The notes under the pieces were generated by a model. That model worked only from the letters and a program-made list of their open reading frames with translations, did not search any database and had not been told where the DNA came from. DNA of 63,989 bases, counting the filler, from Thelocarpon superellum (Eukaryota): assembly GCA_026025795.1 (NCBI GenBank). It is 4 parts of 4 records of this genome, joined end to end, with 100 filler letters (N's around TTAATTAATTAA, not from the genome) between each part and the next. Parts side by side here need not be neighbours in the genome. Positions count along the whole stretch, not along the records: positions 50,258 to 63,989 come from JAPEUG010000454.1; 3 more parts are not named here. The stretch is one strand, 5' to 3'. This document shows positions 50,258-62,530 of this stretch, one piece after another; position 1 is the first letter of the stretch; every line of letters starts with the position of its first letter. The translations under genes were made by a program, and so were the position numbers.

Positions 50258-51451
50258 GGGTCTGATCTGGCGCCGGTATCGCGGGAGCGATCGGCTGGAG
50301 CCATGACGAAAGGCAAACTTCTCACCACGCCATCGCGACTCCTGAAGCTCGTACTGCCTCTCACCACGCTCGACGAGAACTCAGATCGCAAAGACATCGA
50401 ACCCCTGGCCCTCCTGGTGCACCCGCAGCAGCCCCTGTCATATCTCGAACGCTTGATCCAGTCCGAGCTGCCACACCTCGAGAACGACAAAGGCGAGCAA
50501 AAGCTGCCGGCGGTCCACTTTCGAGCGGAGGATTTTGCGGCGGATGAAGATTCTCTGATTCCGGGAAAGAAGGAGGCCGAGACAGGGGAGGATGGCAAGA
50601 TGGAGGAGACACGTTTTGGCGATCAGACGGAGAAAACTGGGAAGCTTAATCGAAGTATCACCCGAGAGCTCCGAGGCGGCCCAGGCGAAGGGGGAGTTGA
50701 GTCGTACAGTGGGCTAGGTCACGAGCGCTCGGGAGAAGGGGACGCTTCCTCAGCCAAGTTCGTCCGATGGAGTTCATCCACCGAGGTCGGTGATTTCATC
50801 CGCGACGCGGCTCGCGGGAAGGAATTCGCGGTGGAGATCGAGGGCCATCCCAAGCCCATCTACGTGGGAGTGCCCTCCTTCAACGACCGGACCTACTACC
50901 TCCGCACCAGACTACGCAAGACATCTCGGAAGATCGCGGCCATGGCGACGACCAAGAGCGAGTGCGATCTCGCTGCACATCAGCGGGGCCAGCGGATTGC
51001 CATGAGTGGCTTCGGCCTGCTTGCGGGGTGGTGGTACGTGGTCTACCGGCTCACGTTCGAAACCGACTTGGGATGGGATACGATGGAGCCGGTAACGTAC
51101 CTCGTCGGGTTGACGACGATCATGGGCGGATACGGATGGTTCCTCTATCACAACCGCGAAATGTCATATCGCTCTGCGCTGAACCTGACCATCAGTCGCA
51201 ATCGCGCACGCTTGTACCACGCACGCGGCTTCGATCTCCCCCAATGGGAGTCCCTGGTCGAGGAGGGAAACGCCCTGCGGAAGGAAATCAAAGCGGTCGC
51301 GCGCGAATACGACGTGGAATGGGACGAGAAGATTGATGAGCAGGACGAGCGAGTCACGGAAGCTCTCGAGCAAGACCGAAACAAGAAGGAGGGGAGTGGT
51401 CGAGGGAAGTCGACAGACCGGAAAGATGAGGACCACGGGGAGGATGACTGA
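50258..51451 (+). CDS. MCU: Mitochondrial calcium uniporter, 5'-truncated by gap
   Basis: Selectivity filter WDTMEPVTY between two TM helices; LLVHPQQPLSYLERLIQSELP; frame is open back to the gap. Confidence 0.95.
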   Translation, partial: GSDLAPVSRERSAGAMTKGKLLTTPSRLLKLVLPLTTLDENSDRKDIEPLALLVHPQQPLSYLERLIQSELPHLENDKGEQKLPAVHFRAEDFAADEDSLIPGKKEAETGEDGKMEETRFGDQTEKTGKLNRSITRELRGGPGEGGVESYSGLGHERSGEGDASSAKFVRWSSSTEVGDFIRDAARGKEFAVEIEGHPKPIYVGVPSFNDRTYYLRTRLRKTSRKIAAMATTKSECDLAAHQRGQRIAMSGFGLLAGWWYVVYRLTFETDLGWDTMEPVTYLVGLTTIMGGYGWFLYHNREMSYRSALNLTISRNRARLYHARGFDLPQWESLVEEGNALRKEIKAVAREYDVEWDEKIDEQDERVTEALEQDRNKKEGSGRGKSTDRKDEDHGEDD

Positions 51452-51858
51452 TGTGGCAACCCTGCCACCGCTGGGCCTGCGACCTCCGCCACGTCTTTTT
51501 ACCATATACCCACTTGTGAGACGTAGCCATCCCACATGATAGATCACGCTGTACATAGAACATAGAGAGTGACATGTCGCTGGCCCTCGGCGGTATGACA
51601 CATCACTTGAATTATTTCCATCGAGTCGAGTTTGGAAATACCTCACAATGTCGGTAGTGGCGCGCCGGAAGCGTAGCGATGTCGGAGGTCGGGGAGGTCC
51701 CCCACGAGACATCTGATGATTCCCATCTCAACGCTTGGTGCGTCTCGACCTGGAGCACGACTTGCACTTGTATCAAGTTACCGTCCGGCTTGGTGCCGTA
51801 AATCAGTATCGCCACGGCCAAGTCTCCCGACGCCAGACGCAATCTTCCCAAGCCCGAG

Positions 51859-53563
51859 ATGTCATCCACGCCCGCTCGTGCCGCGGCGGAATCGGTGCAT
51901 CTGCCCAATGGCCAAACTGTGTCGGTGACCCAGGTGTTTGGAGGGTCTTTTTTCAAGCCGAATGACCTCAATACCCATCATGCCGTTCTTCCCCCGGGCT
52001 GGACCATCCAGATTCATACGGAGGATGAAGAAGCGGATCACGACGTGCCGTGGAGAGAGGCGACGGTGCAGAGCAGCAACGACGGCCCGGACGCGTCCTC
52101 CAAGAAGCATGTCCATCGATTCAAGTCCGCCACATTGCGCCACGACAGTCTCTTCATCTCATCCATCTCGAATCCCAGCAGTACCGACTTCAAGCCGGCG
52201 ACGTCGCCCACCAGGCAACTCGCCATGATGCTCTGGACGACGCTGTACTGGTACTTCCACCATCCGGAGCCTGATCTGCGCCTTCGGGACTCGAGCGCGG
52301 CGAAGACGGCCGAGTCGGGGAAACCGAAGGGCGAATGGCGCGTTCGGATTAAGCGGGAGGGGGTGTTTCGTGGGAAGCATTTGCTGGCGAAGTTGGAACG
52401 GATGGGCCTCATTGCGAGCGAGGACTCCTCCGTCGGACTCGACGTGGACGAGCGTGCCCACGGAGACGGATGGCAGGACATGTTCGTCAGCCGGCGAAGC
52501 TTTTGGCAACTGGATGCTCGGATCTACTTGTTCACGCTGTCGCCCACGCTGACCTCCCCCTTTCCGTCCAGCTCCCCGTACCCGTCCCGGCCCAGCTCCC
52601 CGAACAACATGGCACAGGCGGTGTCAAGACCAGAGAATCAGGGTGAGGCTACGGTCCTGGCCCACTCCCAGGGACTCTGGGCTCCGTCTATGCCAGGCCC
52701 GTATGTTTCGGCCAGCCACCTTCCAACCTACTTCCCTCCGCCACCGCTGCAATACACTTTTACCAACCACGTGCGACATCCCGTGCGACCCAAACCACCG
52801 CGCCAAGGCGAGGTCTTTTACACGCGGCACATCCCGAGTGTCGGACAGTATCTCTCCTTCCGCGTGGCGTCTCTCTCGCCCAAGCCACCCGCACACCTTG
52901 GACCGAGCGTGCCCGCTCACGTTCTGGCCTCGCGACCGACGTCGGTGGCATCGGTATCGGAGCTGAATGTGATGAACACCACGAGCACGCCGCCACAAGA
53001 GATTGGCCCCAGCGATGTCGAGCTCCTCGAGAAATGGATGAACGAGCCGCGCGTGGCACGTTTCTGGGGGGAACAGGGACCGCTGGCGCACCAAGAATCT
53101 CTCCTCAAGGCCGGCCTCCAGAATCGACACAGCTTTCCCGTCATGGCATGTTGGGACGGGAAACCTTTCGGGTATTTCGAGCTTTACTGGGTCAAGGAAG
53201 ATCATCTAGGCCGACATCTCGACGGCGGGGCCGACAACTGGGATCGGGGCATCCACGGGCTTGTTGGAGAGCAGGAGTTCCGGGGACCGCATCGTGTCCC
53301 CGTCTGGGTGTCTGCTCTGATTCATTATTGCTTCCTGGCCGACAATCGGACGCAGAGCGTGCTGATGGAACCACGGGTGGATAACGAAAAGTATGGATCG
53401 CAAGAACACCGCTGTCCGTACGCACGCTGACACGGGCCTGTACAGATTCATTGACTATCTCCAAGTGGCTGGCTTTTCCCGGGAGAGGGAAATCGCATTT
53501 CCTCATAAGCAGTCGGCGTTGATGAGAGTGAGGAGGGAGTGGTGGGAGAGTCCCTTTCTCTGA
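51859..53563 (+). CDS. sidL: N5-hydroxyornithine acetyltransferase (GNAT/AlcB domain), SidL-like, 1 intron (53391-53446)
   Basis: RHPVRPKPPRQGEVFYTR, WMNEPRVARFWGE, PFGYFELYWVKED, DRGIHGLVGE, EPRVDN and IAFPHKQSAL. Confidence 0.9.
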
Positions 53564-54097
53564 AGATACCAGTGGGAGGGGGCCGTATGATGCGAGTATA
53601 CACGCCGGCCACGAATATCTTCCATTGCCTCCTACCAAAATCGTCTTTGATAAGCAGCTCTGCGTCTGGAGTAATTACACTCGGGGTGGGATTAACGAGG
53701 CTCAATCTGATTCTATCATGCTATGACGTACGAGGAGTAGCCGCAGCGGCCCTCGGAAATCAGTCATCAGCAATCACATGCGAAAGTCGCCTGGCGGACT
53801 CGTAGCTCCTAAGAGCAGTGGGGCATCGTCATGCGGCCCCCTGATTGGCGGAGGCTCAACCTCGGCTCGTCTCGAATCTCAGCGCCGCTCGATACTCGTC
53901 CTCGTACCTGTGCGCGGGCATGTCTGTGCGTTTGGAATGTATGGGAAAGGGCGGAATGGTATATGAAGAACTGTCCGACCTTCAGAGCTTGGACGTCCAC
54001 AACCAAGAGTGAAGACGAATTTTCTCCTCTGTAAAAGTCCCATACCGCCCTGCTGCACCTTGACTCGCGCTGCTCACCACGCCAAGAGCTGTTGACC

Positions 54098-55538
54098 ATG
54101 TCTTGGGGTACGTGGCGATTGTCCCGGGCCTCCCCGAGCTGTTCTAACATGAAACGTGCATGCTCAGCACAGAACCGTCTTGCGCAGGTCTCAAGCCATC
54201 TTGGCTCATCCAAGACCGGCCGGGAGAGGATCTTGGAAAAGAGCCCGGATGATGTCAGTCGGCCTTCTGCCTTGTCCGGCCGAAATCGACACCCCGCCCG
54301 AGGAACAACGGCTGACACATGCCCAGGTCGTCATCACGACTGCGCTACGAACGCCACTCACCAAAGGCGGCAAAGGGGGATTCAAGGATACGGCCGGCGC
54401 AGATCTGCTTGTCGGCGCCTTCACAGCTCTCATCCGACGGTCTGGAATCGACCCGTCCCTCGTCGAGGATATCGCGGTGGGCAACGTTTTGGCCCCCGGC
54501 GGCGGGGCGACGGAGTTCCGTGCGGCCGCCATCGCCGCCGGCTTTCCCACCACCACCGCGGTCAAGAGCTTGAATCGACAGTGTAGCTCGGGTCTGCAGG
54601 CGGTTGCCGATATCGCCAACGCCATCCAATCCGGCATGATTGAGATTGGGATCGGCGCGGGAGTGGAGAGCATGAGTTCGCAATACGGGTCGGTCTCCCG
54701 TGCGAGACATGGACGTCACGTCTAACCTTCCGCAAATAGCCCGGCCGCCGTCACGGAATTCTCCGAGCTCCTTGACTCCATCCCCGAAGCCAAGAACTGC
54801 AAGGTGCCCATGGGCGTGCTCTCGGAGCAGATGGCCAAGGACTACAAGATCCCGCGCGCCTCGCAGGACGCATTCGCCGCGGCCTCCTACCAGAAGGCGC
54901 TCGCGGCACAGAAGGCGGGGCGGTTCGATCAAGAAATCACGCCGTTGACGGTCAAATGGGAGGATCCGAAGACGGGCGAGGTCAAAGAGATCACCGTCAG
55001 CCAAGACGACGGCATCCGCGCGGGCATGACGGCCGAGTCGCTGTCGAAGATCCGGCCGGCCTTTGCCAGAGATGGCAGCATCCACGCGGGCAACGCATCG
55101 CAGATCTCAGACGGCGCGGCGGCGGTGCTCCTGATGAAGCGGTCGACGGCCCAGCGTCTGGGCCAGCCCGTCCTCGGCAAATACGTCGTGGCGGCCGTGG
55201 CGGGCGTGCCTCCGCTCCTGATGGGCGTTGGGCCAGCCAAGGCGATTCCCAAGGCGCTCGCCAAGGCCGGCATCGCCGTGGCGGACGTGGACATCTTCGA
55301 GATCAACGAGGCCTTTGCAAGCCAGTGTCTCTGGTGCGCCAACGAACTCGGCATCCCGGCCGAGAAGATCAATCCCAAAGGCGGAGCCATCGCCTTCGGT
55401 CATCCTCTCGGCTGCACCGGCGCCCGCCAGATCAGCACCATCCTGTATGAACTCAAGCGGCGTGGGGAGAAGGTCGGCGTTACTTCCATGTGTGTGGGTA
55501 CGGGGATGGGCATGGCTTCTGTTCTGGTCGCCGAGTGA
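54098..55538 (+). CDS. POT1: Peroxisomal 3-ketoacyl-CoA thiolase, 3 introns
   Basis: PTS2 RLAQVSSHL; catalytic NRQCSSGL, EINEAFA, GHPLGCTG and MCVGTGMG. Confidence 0.96.
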
Positions 55539-55709
55539 TATTTCACATGCGTAAAGAGAAGAGCGTAGGAGGCTCTAACGATCTGATAAAGAAGCAAACC
55601 ACATCACTTTGAATATTCCATCCATATGCGCAGCAGAAGTTCCGAATGTAGAGAACGTGGAGAAAAGTAGAGTAAAGTAGAGTAAGGTAAAGTAAGGCAC
55701 GGTGCAGGA

Positions 55710-58016
55710 TCACCTCGCCACGTTCCTCCACTCGTGTAGAGATTCGAGATATAGAAGACGCTGGACCCGACCGTTGCTTTCCCTGTCGCCCTCACGCTCA
55801 TCATCACCACCATCACCACCCTTGTGCGCGGCAGAAAGTGAAGGTGAGGGTGAATAGGGAGATGAAGAAGAAGAAGGAGAAGGCAGCAATACGGAAAGAC
55901 TCTCTTCACGTATCACAGCCGTGGCCCAGTGGACGAGCTGGTCGATAGATGAGTTGACATCCTCGACCGCCGACGACTGGTCTGTTGCTGTCGTGCTTTC
56001 CTTCGCTAGCAGCTTTGACGAAGAAGGAGAAGTGAGAGAAGAGAAGAAGGTATGGGCGGAGACGGAGGCGTTCTGCACCAGCGAGATCAGTTCCGCGGCT
56101 AGATCCTGCAGGTCTTGATTCGCGGCAGTGTTTGCATCGTCCCCTTCTCGAGCGTCGTTGGCCATTGATGCCGGTGCCGAGGAACTTGCGCGCGCGAGGA
56201 GCGGATCCCCGTAGACTGTCGTATCCGTCACAAAGCCCAGCCAGTCTGTGACGATTCTCCTGGCCCCTTCGCTCCCATCGGTATCGCCATCGATCCCGAG
56301 TCCCCTCAGTTCCTGCCCGAAAGTGCGCACGGCGCAGACCCACAAGATCCACACGCCGTCGTCCCATCCGGCTTCATATAGGGCCTCGAGCGAGCTCTGG
56401 CCCAAGATGGCTTCCAAGCTACTTGCGAAGCGAGTCTCGTAGGATAGTCGCTGGTGGGGCTGGTCGAGGGATTTGAGAATGCTCAGGGCGCCTTGGAGGG
56501 TGATTAGCCTGCTTGAGGGTGATGTCGAGCTCGATGTTGTGCTGGGCCTGATGGCCTGGCTAAGACGGTCTCTTGCTGCTGTAAGAATCGCGCGTTGTCC
56601 GTCCCGATAGATCTTGGCGTGTCGCTGGCTTTGGTTTCGAGGCGTCGGCGGGAGGTGCTTGTCGTGGGCCGTAATGGTTTCCAGCTTTCGGCATACGGCG
56701 ACTTTCAAGTGGCTCATAGTCGCGAACATGTGGCGCCAGCCTAGAAAGCCCCCTTTGCTTGAAGTCTGCGACCAATCCAAGTCTGGTCGCTGCTGAAGGA
56801 CTTGCATTTCGCGCTTGTTGGCGACGACAATGGCGAAGATGTCGAGTAGCTCGGTAGGAAAGGATCGTAGTGCTCGCATGTTGTCGGTGTAGCCTTCGGT
56901 CGGACTGCCATCTAAATCTCGGACGTAGAAGGTGTGGATCTCTGAAGGTGCGGCGGTACCATTCTGCCGGCTCAAGAGGGACGACTGTCTCTCCCTGATT
57001 GCTGATTTGGCAGCTGTAAAAGGTAGCTTGAGCGTCACTGCCACCTGATCGAATGGATTCTGAACCAGACAAAAGCCGTAGCCCAGCAGTACTGTAAGCC
57101 AGTCCGTTATTCTAGGTTCTAGTCCATCGTTCACGATGACAAGCTTCACTCACGCTCTTCGTTTCCCTTAGGCCCGTAATTGTTCCATACTCGCTGACCA
57201 GGCTTCAGCTCCTCCACCGTTTCCAACGCCATGGCCGTAGTTTCTCGCGACCATTGAATTTTGCATGACCATTGGTGATTGAGCAAATCAATCAGGGGGA
57301 ACAATACTGGTCTCTCTGTGCCCTCGTGCTCCTCCAAAGAGCCACGATTGGGGGCGTCGAGGATAAGAGACGAGGAGAAGCTGCGAGAACTGAAGATCGT
57401 TGCTGCCCAGAGCGCGAGGGTCCTGTGTAGGTCAGCAGAAGGCTTGAGGGTCGGCGGCCCATTCCATGCCAAGGTCGGGAGCCCACCAAGTGTAATCATC
57501 CGTATCCCAGCCATTCTCTTTCAAGCAAGCAATTCCAGCTTCATATTGCTGACACCACTCCTGCTCCCGGCTAGAGCTTGCCTTCTCGAGGTTCGTGCCC
57601 TTCAGCCATAGCTTATCTTCCCACGAGAACCAGAGCGGAGTCGCCAACGACCCTTCCTGTTTTGGCCCAGGCAATGCCTTGAGATAGGGCCACCAGAAAG
57701 AGTCATCACCCAGGAGATATTGCTGGCACAGAAAGAACACGGCGAGGGTATGGTCCGTGACGTGACGCAGGAATCTGTCTGGAAATGGTACGCTGTGGGA
57801 GGAGAACCCGTCTTTATTCAAGGCATTGAGACAGGAGATGCTCAGATTGTACGGACAAGCGAGGAGGCGCTGGTCTGAGGGAATGACATCAGTATCTGGG
57901 CGAACTTGAAAGGAGATGCCGATGGAGTCGTCGGCAATGAGCTCGAGGGCAGGGTTGATGTATCCACCGTGCTCCAAGGTCCACCGTACCAGATCTTCCA
58001 CTTCCGCTGTACTCAT
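55710..58016 (-). CDS. SET-domain protein-lysine methyltransferase (Rkm1/Efm1/SETD3-like), 2 introns
   Basis: SFWWPYLKALP, WAATIFSSRSF, LFPLIDLLNH and VWNNYGPKGNEE...LLGYGF. Confidence 0.9.
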
Positions 58017-58388
58017 CGATCTGGATAGTATTCGGTCGATAGGCATAGCACTTTGAACGCTTGCATGCCTTCATCAAACTGATCGAGACGCGAAGAGGAG
58101 AGAATATCGATAGTGGGACCAGGCACTGCGGCGCTCGCGCCAGAAAGCCTTGGTTCACTTGCCCATTCTAGTTTCATGGACGTACTCGGTATTTCTTCGT
58201 TCCTGGTGCGTTCAGAAAACCTCACTCGGTTTCTAATGTCGTCCCGAGCTGGCCCAGCGGCGGGTCTGTGGAGGGTTTCGATGGGGAATGCCCGGTGGGA
58301 CTGCAGCTGTATGGACATACGCGAGCCGAGGTGAGACGGAGCCAACCCAACGCTTCTCGCTGTACGTCATCTCCTCTCCCTACCCACA

Positions 58389-59378
58389 ATGCTCCGACCC
58401 GTTGCTCGTGGCATTGGCACCATGGCCTCGGGACAACTGGGAGGGCAAATGCAAGCCCTTCATGCCTACAGTGCCTGCGATGTGGGTCGTTGCACATGCC
58501 ATCGCAACAGGACGCAGATCTGCACTAATCCAGAGAGCAGATCTCTGATGCCCTTCTGAAACTAAAGGTGCCAGGGGCCGGGTTTGTTCCCGATGTGCGT
58601 AAGTGAGCACGCATCCAGCATTGAATTCAGAGCGACTGATGGTCCGGCGTTGCCTGGCAGTCCCATTCCCTCATCAGATCAATGATGCGACCGTGGTCCA
58701 GCGGGCGAAGATCATTGGGCCGGCCTCGACCGTGCTCTTCGTGCCCAAGGGCCATACAGGGGACACGTCGGTCTATCCCAAAGCAAACATCCCGTCGGAC
58801 TCGCATTGGGTAGACCTGACCAAACCCGACACTGTCGTTGTCATCTCCTCTCCGAAGGTGGACAATGCAGTGGTGGGCGGCATCATGGCGAGCCGAATGA
58901 GCGTTCGGGGCGCTCGAGGCATCGTGGTGCAGGGCCGGTGCCGAGATGCTGAGGAGATGAACGCTCTGGAGATACCTGTATGTCAGCTGTGGAAAGCGTC
59001 GAAGACCCACCGACGGACCGGCATACGTCCATCTGCTTATATTCCATAAGATCTGGGCGACCGGATCGTCAACAGTAGGTGCCGGAGCCGGGGTGAAGGC
59101 ACATGCCCTCGAGGTACCCGTCACTATGAGCCAGACAGTCATCCGTCCTGTAAGTGCGAAGGGTTCTTTAGTGGGCCGGTTCCATGGCTGACGGTGGGTA
59201 GGGAGATGTTATGTTTTGCGACCCTACCGAAGGAGTGGTAGCTATTCCCCAGGACTCCGTTGACGCGGTACTCAATCTATTGCCAGCATTGGTTGGCGCC
59301 GACGAGCGAGTAAAGGACGCGGTCAAGCAGGGGATATCAGTCCAGGAAGCGTTTCATAAGTACCGGACTAACTCGTGA
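58389..59378 (+). CDS. RraA-like / HMG aldolase-oxaloacetate decarboxylase family protein, 4 introns
   Basis: YSACDISDALLKL, AVVGGIMASRM...GIVVQGRCRD, STVGAG and PGDVMFCDPTEGVVAIP. Confidence 0.88.
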
Positions 59379-60031
59379 GATCAAGTCTTTTCGAAAAAGC
59401 ACCGAGACCCCACAATAGATGACCTAGATCACCAATTCATGTGTGCATAAGTTGTGGTCATATAGGTGGTATGATACCCGGCGTTTGAGTATGGCTACTT
59501 GTGCGAGCGTCTCGGTTACCACGCTGCAATGTGACTGTCCCGAATACGGCTATCTGAAGCTACAGTGTTGCGGCTTCGGACGCACCCAATAATTAGCGCC
59601 AAATGCCCCTCCACCCCGCATCCGGAGCAAGCAAGGCAGCGCCTCGTATCACCACAAACCTCCAGCTGCTTTGGCAATGACGCTCGACGAACGCAGACGG
59701 CTAATTAGGACGTGGCCATCAAGAATGGTCGGATGCGCTTCGTCCCGCGCGGACGTAGTCTCGCGGGGAGCTGGAGGCGATGGCCAGGGAGGCGCCGGAA
59801 GAGGCGTCAGCCGAATGGCGCCTCTGCAAGGACCGGGAAATCCCGGACCCCACCATCTGGCGCCTTCCGTCACCGACACTCTCGTGCCTGCCACGCTTCC
59901 CCTGCCAGGCCAGAGGGGATCTCTTCACCCTATAACATGTAGTCCCACTGCCCGTCCGCTCCTATGAACACCTTGATTTGTGTTATCTGGTCCTCTTGAG
60001 CCACGTCATTGAGTTGCCCCATGGTCCGACG

Positions 60032-61867
60032 ATGAATTGCCCGTCTCGTACTGATGACCTCGATGGTCGAGAGGGATGGAATCAAAGTCCACCCCAGTTA
60101 CCGGCCGAGGCAACGACTCGAGCCGATCTCAATGGCTTGGCCAATGCTCGACTGCAGCATGACCACCGAGAAGACGACATTGATGACGGGGACGTGCCCC
60201 CACTCGACATCCGACCCGCCAGCCCGGATCGGCCGGTGGAAAAGCACGGTCGCGAGCCGGCTCCCACGACGCAAGCAGACGTGGAACTGAAGCGGCCGGA
60301 GACAATCGTGGCCCCGTCGTCTCAAGGCGGCAGATCGGATCCACCCCCAGGCTCGCCATGGCTCCAAGAGCTGGTCGGGTGGGCAGCGCGGGGCCGGCGA
60401 GTTCTCCTGAAGTACGCCAAGTTCATTGGGCCGGGCTTCATGGTGTCCGTAGCGTACATCGATCCGGGAAACTACTCCACCGATGTAGCAGCGGGGGCCA
60501 CGGTCCAATTCAAACTCCTGTTCGTTGTCCTGATGTCCAATCTCTTCGCCGTCTTCCTGCAGTCCCTCTGCGTGAAGCTTGGCACCGTCACCGGCCTCAA
60601 CCTGGCTGAGAACTGCAAAGCGCACCTGCCCCGCTGGCTTAATCTCACGCTCTACATCTTGGCCGAGGCTGCCATCATCGCGACCGACATCGCCGAGGTA
60701 GTCGTCGACCGAAGCCGCGCTGGTGTCTGCGACGCTGACCCAGAGCACACAGGTCATTGGCTCCGCCATTGCGCTGAACCTTCTCTTGAATGTCCCCCTC
60801 GTTGCCGGCTGTGCCATCACCCTCGTCGACGTCCTCATCATCCTCTTGTTCTACCGTCCATCTGGCTCGATGCGGGGGCTGCGGGCGTTTGAACTCTTCG
60901 TCATCGTTCTGGTGTGCGGCGTGGGCGTCTGCTTTTGCATCCAGCTCTCGTTGATTCGCGACACGAGCGTCGGCGACGTGTTGATGGGATATCTACCCTC
61001 CGCCTCCATTGTCCAAAGTCAGGGGTAAGTGGTCCAGCGCACGCCGCGATTCGCCTTGGTTGACATCATGACAGCTTGTACCTCAGCTGCGGCGTGCTTG
61101 GGGCTACGGTGATGCCCCACAGTCTCTATCTCGGCAGCGGCATCGTTCAAAGCCGTCTGCGAGACTTCGACTCGAAGCATGATGGCCTACCGGATGCTTC
61201 GGCCGATGATCATGACGAGTTCCCGACCTATCGACCGTCGGTCGCGGCCATCCGTGGCTGTCTGAAATACTCCGTCGTCGAGGTAGCCGTGTCCCTCTGC
61301 ACCTTTGCCCTCTTCATCAACTCCGCTATCCTCATCGTGGCGGGAGCTTCGCTTTCGGGCAACGACAGTGCCCAGTCGGCCGATCTCTTCGGGATCCATG
61401 ACCTCCTCTCGCAAACCTTGGCGCCCATCGCCGGGACCATCTTTGCTCTCGCCTTGCTGCTGTCGGGAACGTCGGCGGGTATCATCTGCACCATCGCAGG
61501 ACAGATGGTGTCGGAGGGTGCCTTGAATTGGACCGTCGCGCCTTGGCTCCGACGACTCATCACACGATCCATCTCCATCACTCCGGCGATCATCATCGCT
61601 GCGGCGGTGGGAAAGGACGGCCTCTCGGCGGCCTTGAACGCGACGCAGGTGGTGTTGAGCGTCATCCTGCCGTTCGTGTCGGCCCCCCTGATCTACTTTA
61701 CCTGCCGAAACCGATACATGACGGTGGCGACGCAGGTGGACGGCATGCCGGGCCAAGTGACGATGCGGAATCACTGGTTCGTGGCCATCCTGGCGGGAAT
61801 GATTTGGCTGGTGATCGCGGTGATGAACGTCTCATTGCTGGTTCTTGTGGGCTTGGGCAAGGCGTAA
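60032..61867 (+). CDS. NRAMP divalent metal (Mn/Fe) transporter, Smf1/Smf2-like, 2 introns
   Basis: GPGFMVSVAYIDPGNYSTD, ATVMPHSLYL and GQMVSEG; fungal N-terminus MNCPSRTD. Confidence 0.96.
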
Positions 61868-62530
61868 TCGGACGGCAAAACTGGCAGGCGGACAAGGTGG
61901 TTGAGTCATGGCGTTGCCGCTTCACTCATCCCCCTTTCCATCCCTATCCATCTGAAGCGAGGGGAAAAGGAAGAAACCGAGGCTGGCACGTGTATTCGAA
62001 AAGAAGCAGATGAAAGTCTGCTCGAAGGAACAGAACTCCCCGTGGCGAGGTTACAAGGATCAAAGGATGACCCGTATAATGGACGGGGAAGAGCAAGAGC
62101 GCCATGGCTCTCTCAGCCCTTGCGTCGTGAAAGCATCTACTGGTGTGCACCAAGACCACCAAGTATTGCTGGTGACTGTAGAGTAGACAACCTTGCAGGT
62201 ACCCTGGGACTGATTGGCGGGGGTCCCCCAAGCTGCTTGTTGTACTTCGTACGTCGCCGTGCAGAGGCGAGAAACTCGCCGCGGCCCCACTTCCCTGCCT
62301 GCTCCCTTACGTACCCAATCAACGAAACGTCAAGCTCCGACTCTGCGTGATCATAGACTAGATCACGTAAGAGGCGACGACCGATGGGCGCCCCGTCGCT
62401 GAGATTCGGAGGAGAGTGAGCGGATGCGCGTCGTCTTTGCCAGGAATCTGTACCCAAGCTGCCCCACGCGTGATAGAGCCCGCCACGATCAACCGTTTGA
62501 CGATCATCAATCAACCCTGCGTCCCCGACG

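Noticed and set aside
55581..55589. ATCTGATAA, a match to the SreA iron-repression GATA motif
   Set aside because: Single copy between two convergent 3' ends, not in a promoter of sidL or the NRAMP gene.
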